NCBI GenBank assembly: GCA_965285935.1
Contig: OZ260666.1
Coordinates: 26,846,001-26,910,000 of the forward strand
Direction of reading: 5' to 3'
DNA: 64,000 bases
DNA from: Ophelia neglecta
Taxonomy: Eukaryota
Shown here: in pieces, positions 11,341 through 22,482 of the stretch
Layout: each line of letters begins with the position of its first letter
Numbering within the stretch: position 1 is the stretch's first letter
Translations under genes and position numbers: made by a program
The notes under the pieces: generated by a model
What the model was told of the DNA's origin: nothing
What the model saw: only the letters and a program-made list of their open reading frames with translations
The model's database searches: none

Positions 11341-14249
11341 CAGTTAGCTTGTAATTTGTGCGTTCTGCATCTGTTGGAATATATATATGTTCTTATGCTA
11401 GTTACAAAAAAATGAAAGATTCGGAAGAAAAAATGCGCATTCTGTTGGTTTTCGTTATGGCCCCGAGAAGAGCAGACATTTAGTTAGGTAATGTGTTTAA
11501 TGTTGTTTCTTCCCGTCTTTGTCGTTTCCGAGTAACGTGCTGCCAACGTAAATTCATTTCTTGGGATGGTTCTCGGCAATAAGTTCAGCCCGTTTATTAG
11601 GCGCAGGTGTATTTGATCTTAATTGAATACACTGTATATCTTTATTTTATTGTGAATAAAAACAAGATAGCCTTACTCCTGTGCATGCCCGTCGTATTAC
11701 TAGAATATATAGTATTACATTTATACAAATTGAGTCGGATCCAATAATCATGCTCATGTATCCGGCCGAATACAGATCACCTGCAACAGTGACATCAATA
11801 AAGAAAAACAAGGCACATCAGAGTGGACTGTTTGACTAGCTATAGGAATTTGAATTTGGTAATTTAGAAAAAGTAATTGTGAAAAGCGGCATTAAATATT
11901 CAGTTGAAATGTGAAAGTATGAATCAGGAAATTACCTTTAAATCAAGCCGAATTCATCTGCAACCGTCAGCTGCAAGCCCACAAATACACTATACTGTGT
12001 GACGACTGTAGATTGAGCATCGGAGCACCCTTAAATGAAATAAAAATGATATCATCTCCCCACTTCAGCATAAATATGCGACCAGCTTTGACCATATTGC
12101 TTCTTGTATTAAGAAATGTTAAAACAGATAAAACAAATACTAGTCGATTAATTCGGTCCAAAATCATACGGTCACCTGCAGAAACCCATAATAATTCCTC
12201 AGTTTCCTAAGGGCAAAAATGTTTGAGATTAAATAAAGAGAAGCAAGAAACAATGGCTTGAGTTGAGTTGGCACGAGTTAGGAAAGAATGAACATGCCAG
12301 AAGGTATTGTGTACCGTACTGTACGTAAGATCAGTGATGTCCGGGGGTCCTTTTAATGCTCTAATAATGACGATGTTGACAGATCTGTAAAGATGCTTGC
12401 GCGACGCAGTGTAGCTTTCTATTAGTCCCGTTATGCCAGTAAAGATGCTGCTATCATGTCAGACAACAAGAGAATACGGTAGTGATTTGGATGAATCCGA
12501 AATCTGCATAGTTAGGTGGGTGGTATTTATTGAAAAGAAAGTATCATCATTGGTTATAGGAGAATAAACTTAAGGTGTCAAATGAAACCAACCATTAATA
12601 AAGAGAAAACAGGTGAAAAAGGAAGTTGATGCCCAATTTAAACACCCTTTTCTATAGTCTGACTTCTCTTGCACATCAGTCCACATAATTGCAGGTTACA
12701 CGGTATACCGTTTTCAATCGTCCAACATATATATTGGACGGAATGGATTGTGTGGTTGAAGACTCTCGATATATGTAACAAGGCAACATGCCTGTTTAAT
12801 CATAATAATATACTGAATGTCTGTTTGATGTGTGTCATTTGACTAATTATTTAACTTTTTCTGCCGAGTATCCCCTCACTTTTTACTTATTACAAAAATT
12901 ACTTTCAAAGTAATAACGCCCACTCTCACTACTTATCATTTTACAAGATGATTGGATTATGTATGGGCATTACTGGTTGGGTTTATTTCTTCTGGTTAAT
13001 AAAGCCTTAGGTTGCTTATTGGCCAAGGGTCAATTTAAATGATATCTCTTGACGTCTGCGACTATCAAGTCTGTGTTTTAGTATAAATACAAATAAATTA
13101 CAAACGAGACAAGAAGACAAATTAACGGGGGCCCGCCAATATGTGGTTAATGTGGTAGTCATAATAATAGTAGAGCAACCGGAAAACAACTTACGCTGTA
13201 ATGTGTCAAAATTGATCCTTTCTTGCCACTTCTATTGAACTTACTTTTGACTCTGACCAGAGAATAGTTAGACAGAGTTTCAACTGTGTTGTAACTTACC
13301 AACATAAATCCAGACAAGCTACTGACAGGGGATGAAATAGGTTTTGTATGTCCTAGTGGAAGCTGACAATTCAGAATGCAGTTCCTCATTTGCTGATTAT
13401 GCTACCAGCCTAACAGCCAACAGGGTATTCATGATGAAAGCGATTTTAATTAACGGCTGGGCAATCGGAGCACCTGGAGGACTCCTAAATCCTTCCGGAG
13501 AGCAATCCTGAGGATTAAAGTAAAGCCGTCGTCTGACCCAGTAACTACCACAATCGCGATACGTTGCCTTTCCACATTCGAGCCTCTCATCTTTACAAAT
13601 GATGGTATATACAATTTACATCTTCTAGGCAAGTGATGACATCAATGTGATTTCAGAAGTGTTCTTTCAGTTTAGAATTGAGACCTCTTAAATGTTACAT
13701 TGTGAAGGTAATGTTTATGTTTCTTCATGGGTTAAACAAGTTGTAACATAACACCGTATGAAATTCCTGCATATCAGTATCGGCAAAGCCATCAAAAATG
13801 TATCATTAAATCTGCTTGAAACCATTAAGAGAAACCTTCAGGTTAAGACGGGCATTTTGCAAATCTACATACAAACATTCCAACAAACATCTAGGAATAA
13901 CACGTACTTTGATGACTTGCGGAATTGCTATGCCCGTTATCCAACCCCGTTTTCATAGGGTCGTCATTCTATCGAATACCAATGGGATCGAACTGGACCC
14001 GGCATTCTTTACTTGCTGCTTTAAGTGAAGAATTCTGCCACGTTTCGCACATATTGTGTGGACCTTTGCAGCCGAACCGGACTAATCATGTTATACCCAT
14101 TGAAATCAGTATATCATAAAAGTTCACTTGTCAATTTTCGTTATATAAACTTAACACAAATCAACACTTACATAATGTACTTGAATTAGCATATTTGAAA
14201 CTGTACTTATGCTGTGCTCACATGTTTGATTATTGAACGTCAAAATATA

Positions 14250-14475
14250 GGCTATTGATTAAACGCGGAGGTGCGGAGGCTATGCGGAGGCGGAGGTCAT
14301 GAGTATTTCTGAGTGGCATGAAGCAAATAATCGTCAGCAAGGAAAGGGTTAGGACGGAGGGTTAATTTTAGGGTTAGGGGAAGGGTTAGGGACAGGTTTG
14401 ATAGGTCTAGTGCTCTGTTCTATTTTCGGGATTTACCTCCGCAAGGCTCCGCGCCTCCGCTTTTAATCAAAAGCC
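14250..14475. mobile_element. MITE, Mutator/MuDR-like (9-bp TSD), with telomere-like internal motifs
   Basis: ~40-bp imperfect TIRs (ggctattgattaaacgcggaggtgcggagg / gctccgcgcctccgcttttaatcaaaagcc). Perfect TSD caaaatata at 14241-14249 and 14476-14484. Internal gggttagg/ttagggttaggg. Confidence 0.9.
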
Positions 14476-17400
14476 CAAAATATATGTGCTTAATGATGGA
14501 CTGGTTTTGTGTTCATTTTAGTACGAAACTAATTATAAACCTGGCCCCTATCACATTTGGCCAACATTTACAGCTATATGTAGGGTGTATGCATCACGTA
14601 TACTCAAATTAATTTCAAATGCAAGTCCAGTGATTAACTGAATAAATTCAAAAGAACAGTGAAGGATTACACCCTATTATGTGTATTATGGCTATAATGC
14701 GACGAAACCGAGCCAGTTATTTTTATTCCCAATATATATCTAGATGACGCCTACTAGGGAACATAAATAATACATCATGTCTAATATACATGTGATATCA
14801 TTGTGAATCAATGAGACATGAAGTTTACAGGGGTATGGTAATTATCGAACAGGACTTTTTGAGTATTTTCTGCAGTATTATACATCAAATGTTCTCAAAT
14901 GACAAATTCGTGTCATCTTAATATCCTTGCAATCAATACAATTCATAATGGTTTTCAGGAATCTTCCTACTATATCCTGGTAACAAAAATATGCACAAGG
15001 CCACCAGTTTACTTCCCATAATATGAAATCCCGGCATATAAATGTTAGGCAACAGTAATACGATGCATCAGACATTTCTTTCGATTGTTTTTGTATAAAT
15101 TTTAAGGTTTTTCTCTAATATAAGGTCGTTGAACTAGAGCGTTATCATTTTCATTATAGACCGTGCCTTATATACATCATGTACATATCCATGTGTGCTT
15201 TCATGCAAATTGCTATTGCTGAGAATCTGAGAATGTCACGAGGTGTTCAGATGAAGCAACTGTTGGATTAATTCAGTCTTACAATAACGAGCATGAATCC
15301 GATATTAGCTTCCATTTAATCATCTCAGAAATAAATTCCAAATGGCGAACCCTTCTTTATTATAATGCCGAGGATACATTCATCAGCTGTGTTAGAGCCA
15401 TTACCGTCATTGTGTCTGATCCATATAAACACATAAGATTATCATAGTCCAAATTTAAGAGTAGTGCACGTCATTTGCCATTAAGACTAGCCAATTACTG
15501 ATGGTTTATGAATGCCGCATAGCTATTCAGAAGACGCCCTCATAAGCAGTTTTGGAGCGATTCATATTGACGAAACACTGCTTATTGGAATTTGTTTGAC
15601 TTGTGAAACATGTCCTTATTTTCTCAAGGAAAAAAGGAGCCGGAGTGTAGGAAAACATTTTGTTGACTTTGATAGCGCAAGTCAAAAAAATGGGGAAGGT
15701 CGAGTATTGAATCACCGCTACGATGTAATCGAATTGACAGACCAGTAAAATTGGAACAAATTATACTTTGAAAGGGGAAAATGCTAAAGTGCTTAAAATG
15801 AAGATTCAGATAACAATTTATACACTAGCAAAATGAGCCTAGCAATTGGTGATCTTTGCCTCTTAATGGCTAATGGTGAAAGATGGACATCTAATGCGCC
15901 ATTGTTGCCACCCATGGGAAAACATACGCAAAGAACAATAAAAGATCCAGCGGCGGTCAAAAGGTTGAGCCGTTACAACCGCATTCCGACTCTCATAAAT
16001 ATTGGACTGAAGAGGCTACCACCAATCCTTGTCTTGTCAGGGTGCAATTTTATTACGTTGTACTATAATTGCGTTATGTTGTTGCGCTTTATTCTAACTG
16101 ACTTTAATGCTAACTTAATCTAATGCAACTCGCAGCAATGCAAATATTCAACCAAAAACTCCTGCCTTATTCTTCCATGTTATTGTTCACAAAAGCATTC
16201 GGGGCCTGCTTGCGTTTAAATATTGATAATGGAAATATCACTGTCAATTTATTCGGATATTTTTTTTTGGTGATATTGGGCATTCAGCTGCACAAAAACG
16301 GATGCAAGCATTTTCCGAATATGTCTGCTGATATTTAAATTGGCCACCGAATAAACAACTGCGATGAAAGTTGACAGCTGAGATGTTTTTCTCTTTCGGG
16401 TTTGTTTGAGCGGTTCAGGTAATATATCAGAAATAGTTCAGAGGAAAATGATGTTGTCAGCAAAAACGATCAATGTTAATAAAAATAAAAAACCTGGAAA
16501 AACACTGCCGATTCCTATACCACAGCCTGACAACCAGACGATGTGATAATTCGTGCCTAAAATAATCTTGTAGTCGTGGTAAAACAAGGACCAATTGTCA
16601 CTCTGCACTTCAGCTGCCATGTCATGAGATGTTTTGAAGTTTTGTTCGTGCTTTTTAAATTTTTGTGAACTTTAGGTCGGTCTACGAGGCCTCATTATAT
16701 TCTTAATATACATATCGATGACTATGCACTTTCGGAAGTTAAACGACTCAAAACCATTTTTCGTATCCATCCTCCGAAACGCGCCAAAGGGTCAAACTGA
16801 CTGCCAGCATTTACATTGGTGATCCAGAATTAGTTCTTAGGAAAAATCAGAAATACTGGCTCTCCTTTTCAATTAAATGGCTCCCTGAACTAGCACTAGT
16901 GAAGAATAGTCAGAAATATAAGCCGAAGCAAGCGACATATGTCACCTGATACGGGACAGCTGTCACCCACACTCAAGTCATATCAAAATTAACATATCAA
17001 AGACAACTTGAATTCCATTTAGAAAGGATTGCCCAAGGTACTTTTGACAAATGCAAAAAAAATACAAAATGAAGCAACCAGACTGGCCACTAGGAGCACA
17101 TTAAGGTGATATATAAGGTGAAGAACTACCCAGACTGCATTCAAGTACAATATTTTCTAACAAGCTGTGTTTGCTGGTTTACAAATGCACCAATGGACTT
17201 GCCCCGCCACACATTTGTTGCTCTCTTACAACCATACGCATCAGATAGGCAACATAGGTCCTCTCATTGATAACTCCTAAAGGTTGAGTGTTTGTCAGCC
17301 GTTTCTTTTCGTATACAGCCGGGTAGTTTTTGGCAATCTTGTACCTTAGTCGCTACGGGAATTTCCCCCTTTTTGTAGTTTAAAGTTTAAATATCTTAAT

Positions 17401-18128
17401 TAAGATCTCATTTTTAACGTGTTGTACCACTCGAATCTTTTCATATCTTATTATTGCGCGTACTTCGTACTATGTTTGACTATTCTTCCGCAAAAAAATA
17501 TGCCCAAAGGCATCGTAAACGTCAGCCCACAAATCGTCAAACCGATATTAAAAGGGGCGATTTACTCTAAAATGGTCATTAAATGTACATGCATATGTAA
17601 ATATAATATAACAATGCGATAAATAAATGGAATATTTATATATAATTGCCCTAAAAAGTGGATTAGAAATACGATTTAACTCTTAGAACCAACTTTACAT
17701 GATATTAGTTAAATTTTAAACTGCAAAGGAAATTTGATAAATTATTAATTAAATTATATCAAATTTAGCCCTGCGAAACGCATGTGTCACTGAAAGAAAG
17801 AGCTGGTATTGCTGTCATTGTGTAGCATGGATTGAACCAGGGATGTTGGTAAAATGTTAAGGCAAAATGTTGTTTCCTCGGGCGGGTGCTTTTGCATTGT
17901 ATTTTGAGGATATTTGTTGATATGAAAAAATAGAAGAAAAGGGGCTTTATACAAGTTTTCTGATAAGCGTAAGAATCTTCGTCGTTTTCTTTTATTCCAA
18001 GGTTTTACTGTTCACCTTTATATCAAAATTTAAACTCAACATCCACAGAATATCATGCTCTAAGATGATTTATATATCACAGGTTCATATAAGGCATACG
18101 TATAGAATACTGTGACCACTCTACTTAC

Positions 18129-18273
18129 CTTATACTTCAAAAGCACGCAGAAAGTTATAATGCTTGCATCAGGACAATTCTCCTTAAGCGTTGCCGACGC
18201 TGCTGACTTGCGGCTCAGCGCTTCACATTTGCTTACAGCGGATGTGCACAGGTTCTTTAAAACCTTCGTGTCT
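18129..18273 (-). other. Candidate antisense-strand exon (145 nt)
   Basis: Minus strand has acceptor ctaacatctttcttcag| and donor AAG|gtaagt. One frame is open (DTKVLKNLCTSAVSKCEALSRKSAASATLKENCPDASIITFCVLLKYK). An alternative acceptor lies at 18324. Confidence 0.35.
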
Positions 18274-18601
18274 CTGAAGAAAGATGTTAGGAGCCATACA
18301 CCCTGTTAGTCTGATATAATGCGCCTAACAATATAAATTGAAACAAAGATATAGTAATGAAACCACGGCCTCAGGCGACTCGATATTGGAGATTGAAAGA
18401 GCAGTCAGCCGTTTAAGAGTTCCCTCGGATAGGAAAACCAATTATTGGTCCAGGAATCTTATTATTACTCATGACTTTATTGACCAACTACACTACAGAA
18501 TCAACACATTTGCAACTGTAAAGAATATTTATCAGCTGCTTTTTCTGGGATAATCTTTAGGGATTTGAAGTAAGATATTTATACAAGGGATAAGGATTTC
18601 A

Positions 18602-18780
18602 ATGGATCTAGCACAATCGAGTATTGAAGAGGACGTGGGGTCTTCACCAGCGGGCGCGCATTGCCTGCTAGTATCAGAAGATGGAACGAGTCCAGGACAG
18701 AGGTCGCCTGATCGGAGGTCACCAAAATCTATAAGTCCTGTTCCTGCTCGACGTATTATACACCCCAATAAACTAGAAAA
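18602..18780 (+). CDS. Probable first coding exon of an unidentified gene (Ser/Pro/Arg-rich disordered N-terminus), phase-2 donor
   Basis: First ATG after an in-frame TGA (18566). It reads MDLAQSSIEEDVGSSPAGAHCLLVSEDGTSPGQRSPDRRSPKSISPVPARRIIHPNKLE with repeated SP motifs. GC is higher than in the flanks, and the ORF ends exactly at a consensus donor AA|gtaagt. Confidence 0.55.
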
Positions 18781-19613
18781 GTAAGTGAACCTCTTGTTGT
18801 AGTGACAAATTCCCGGTGGAGTACTTGAGGCAGATATCATAGACCCATTAATGTCAATAATGCTAGGCCGCATTTTTACCTTAAGAGCATGACATGGAGA
18901 AATATGTCCAGCTGTTCCTGGGAAATAAGAGCCGGTTAAAACCTGATTATTGTACTAATGTAATAGTTAAATGTATTGACGTCAATGTAAAATAATTGAA
19001 TTTATATGCATGAATGCGAACATGGTTAAATAGTCTTTTGTTAAAATACTCGTATAACATATAACTTCTGGAAAACTGTCAGAGGAACATTTACTTAACC
19101 TCAACTAGGATCAACGGAAAAAAAACTAATTATTAATGTGTCTTTCCTGGCAAATGTCACTGTCCGGGCTCGGTCCCCGATATCGTATTATGATTTGCTT
19201 TTTTACACATGGACTAATTAGTTAAGCCCTCTTGGGTTGAAAAGCGCACTAAGCTCGTTGTACGAGTTTGACAATGTTATCTGGTTGCCTAATATTTTCT
19301 AGGGTTTTCGTTAATGAATAAGCGTGACAGACAGAACAAGCAAAAAATCAGCTAATAGCTCACAACACTTTGGACATCCGTGCTCATCTCTCTGGGAAAA
19401 TAGTTGTTTACAGGGCTAGGGCTAAACTATATTTTAACTCGGGAGTATGAAATTGTCGGAGATGTACAAAAGTGGACGTACCAATTAATATCCATGGATT
19501 TCTATGCACAAGAGCTCATTTCTAGCCACTATAATTTTTTTGGTAATAATTGTTTTGTCTATTGAATAAGTTGTTCTCCAATAAAAGATCGGGAGTATGG
19601 TTGAGACAAAGGA

Positions 19614-19666
19614 GACCACATGTTCGAATAATAACCCTTTGACCATATGTTCGAATACTAACCCTT
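19614..19666. repeat. 27-bp tandem duplication
   Basis: gaccacatgttcgaataataacccttt followed by gaccatatgttcgaatactaaccctt. Confidence 0.9.
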
Positions 19667-19909
19667 CTACAATGTCAACGGGTTTGCTCTGCTTGATTTG
19701 TGCTCTGACTAGATTCAGTGACCTTTTCTCATTGCGAGTGAAATTTACCGGCGTACCCACAGCGCTAGCCTTTGTGCCTACGAGTGCTGCCATGAATGGG
19801 GGTAGGAAAAACAAGAGTTTGAATGTAACCGCCAAAACAATGGAAATCTTCTAATCAGAATAAAACTATACAAACAGGACAATAGGCTTAACTTGCAGGT
19901 GTATAATAG

Positions 19910-20590
19910 GAAAAGCATAATGAAAATCAACTTTTAATATCGCGGCAATTCGACGGATTATTTGCCAGTTCTCAGTGTAGCTGTCGTTTGTAATCAGAGA
20001 GAAATGTCATTTTAGCTACGTTACTAGCTTACACTCATGCACGTTTAGGTGAATAAAGCTCATGGTTTTGTGTGGAGGTCTCAAATTTGCAGCTGCTTGT
20101 TCGTTTTCACTGGAGTAAACTGCCAAGTACCAGTCTAAAATAACAGTGTGTTGATCATATATTTGAGACATTGTAAATGGACTCCCTCCTGTGCGCTGGT
20201 TGAATATACTCTACGACTGTACAGTCACATTATACGAGGCGAATTACAGAATGATAAACAATGTATAACATCATGGCGATTCGACGATTCTCTGCCAGCT
20301 CTTAGCGCAGATGTTACTTGTCATAAGAAAGACCTAGCTACGTTATGAGGTTAGTCACATGAAAGTTAAGGTGACAAACCCAGGCCATAATTAAGACCTT
20401 TTATGGATGTCTCGGATAGCCTGCTGCCTGCTAATTTTCATGACGGAAACCATTGCGGATCCTAGGCTAACAGGACAATTTTCGATAAGTTTAAGCCATT
20501 AAAAATGAGCCCTCTCTTTTTCTCTTGTAGGCTTATTTACTTCGAAGGCACAGTAACATTCTTCATAAACACAGGCAACATGTAAAACAA
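19910..20590. repeat. Diverged two-copy tandem repeat, ~330-bp unit
   Basis: ggcaattcgacg..tgccagttctcagtgtag..tagctacgtta (19944) matches ggcgattcgacg..tgccagctcttagcgcag..tagctacgtta (20275); similarity continues on both sides. Confidence 0.8.
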
Positions 20591-20733
20591 CAGGTATACT
20601 TATGCCCTCAAAAATTCTTTGCACAACCCAAGCAGCAAATTCACGAAGGCGTTGGGTGACAAACCCTGCCCAGTTCTATATTTATTCGGTCGTCCATGAC
20701 AGCCTCATTTGCTTACTGGTCATGAGGCTGGTT

Positions 20734-20893
20734 ATACAATACAATTTATATACAATTTATATATTTATATAGCGCCAAAATGAACTAGAAGTTATCATTG
20801 GTCGCTCTGAGAGTCATGCTCGATGGAATGCTTTCTGGAATAGGTGGGTCTTGAGGTCACGTCTGAATTTCTCTGATATTGATGAATTCTTTT
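20734..20893 (-). mobile_element. 3' end of an L2-clade LINE
   Basis: Minus strand encodes NSSISEKFRRDLKTHLFQKAFHRA* (L2 ORF2 terminal FKxxLKTHLFxxAF motif), then a short UTR ending ggcgctatataaat with an (attgt)-like tail. Confidence 0.8.
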
Positions 20894-22130
20894 AAATGAC
20901 CAAACTTCACCAGTTTTAAATGCAAAGTTCATAAACAATTAATTAATTATGTATGGCATAATACCAAGGCATTATTGTCACTACTAAACAACGTTTGGCA
21001 GCTATATGATTTGAATTAACATATAGTTTGATCGTGAAAACATTATAACATTTCTAGTTTTATATATATTCAAGAACAGATTCTTACAAACTTCTGCTGT
21101 CCCAGGCCAGAGATGCAATGAAATGATGTTTTATTTACAGTAATGGAACTTGAATATTACGGAACTTGGGCAGTCAAAGAACTATTCAGGAGTATTACTT
21201 ATTGCAAAGTTCGTAAGTCTGTCTGGTATCCACTGCTTTATTTGTGTCGGCGTTTGACGCAGCACAATTTGGTCCTTATACAATCCGTACCTTTAGGCAA
21301 GGGAATTGTCAATATAAGACATAATAGCATAGGAAATATTTTCAATATAGCCTGTTATATATTGCTAAGTAGTTGACGTAAAGAAACTGTTCTTTGGTCT
21401 ACATTTTCGTCCTCGGTTTACATTCTGGGCGTACTGCCAAGAAATGAAGACAATTAAATGATATTACTCAATGTATGCGATCATTTATTCATAAATGTAT
21501 GGATGAGCACTAAATTTACATAGGATATGTCCAGCTGCATGCGCGACCTCCATATAAGGTATCTTACTAGATGAAATACGCAGTTGTTTATTTCCTATTG
21601 AGTTCTCATGTGCACTCTGCTCATATAATGATTGATCCTCAGTAATACAAGAAACTACAGCGGCGACCTAGGAGGCTAAAAATAATTGCACAAATGTCAC
21701 AACTAGTAGCCCCTAGAAAGGTTAAGACTCAAACATGCTTGGCAATCAACCTACAAGAAACAATGGAAGGAGTCGATCACCGACAGACAAAGTAATATCT
21801 GTATATGAGAATATACCAGTACATAAAGTTTGTAAAATACCATGCAACCCTCAGCTGTAGACCGAAAAATTATGAACCTTGTATAACCATTGAAACATCA
21901 AGGAAAAAGGTGAGGAACATATCGTACACTGAGACAACCTTGAACCAATCAAAACAAATATAGAATTGTCACTTCCGTTTTTAATTATTCAAGCAAGTCA
22001 GTGTGAATGTTTCTCTTTAAAGTGATATTGTATTTCGTTTATTTGATTGTCATGTTTATTTATTTATTTCGATATAAACTTACTGTGTATTACGTGGTTG
22101 GGATTGACGTTTGTTGGCCTGCTGCTGACA

Positions 22131-22147
22131 ATGTCTGATGAATTCAG
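22131..22147 (+). CDS. Possible alternative first coding exon (MSDEF + 2 nt, phase 2)
   Basis: gacaATGTCTGATGAATTCAG|gtatgt: A at -3, a good donor, and the same phase as the 18602 exon. Confidence 0.3.
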
Positions 22148-22444
22148 GTATGTTTAATAAATCGTTCTCTACTTATGATTAAGATTGACAGCCTTTTATC
22201 TTATATAGGTCAGAAATGCGCTGACGTTCAGGCCTTATTAATTTAGCTCACGTGATATCCAAGAACATTTGGTGAAAAGGCAATCATATTATAGATGAAA
22301 GACTCGACCACCGAGAATGTTTTTCAATTCATCTTCTGACAATAACTGGAAGCGAAGGGCGCACTTATCACCAAGTAACGAAGAATCATTTATTATCACT
22401 TTTATATTTTGGAGCAGAAGAAGGAATGTGGTGTGGGGATTTGA

Positions 22445-22482
22445 TGTGTGTTTGTGTGTGTGTGTGTGTGTGGGGGGGGGGT
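22445..22482. repeat. (TG)n microsatellite followed by G run
   Basis: Direct observation. Confidence 0.95.

Noticed and set aside
13120-13151. aattaacgggggcccgccaatatgtggttaat resembles bacterial 16S rRNA (GAATTGACGGGGGCCCGCACAAG..CATGTGGTTTAAT)
   Set aside because: Only a 12-nt exact core, it needs gaps, and the flanks show no rRNA similarity; compatible with chance.
19485-19835. 116-aa minus-strand ORF with a signal-peptide-like start
   Set aside because: TTG start, contains a 27-bp tandem duplication, and has no recognisable domain.
20531-20584. Strong acceptor ctctttttctcttgtag as exon 2 of the 18602 gene
   Set aside because: The phase-2 frame stops after 17 codons with no good donor before the stop, and the site lies within the 330-bp tandem repeat.
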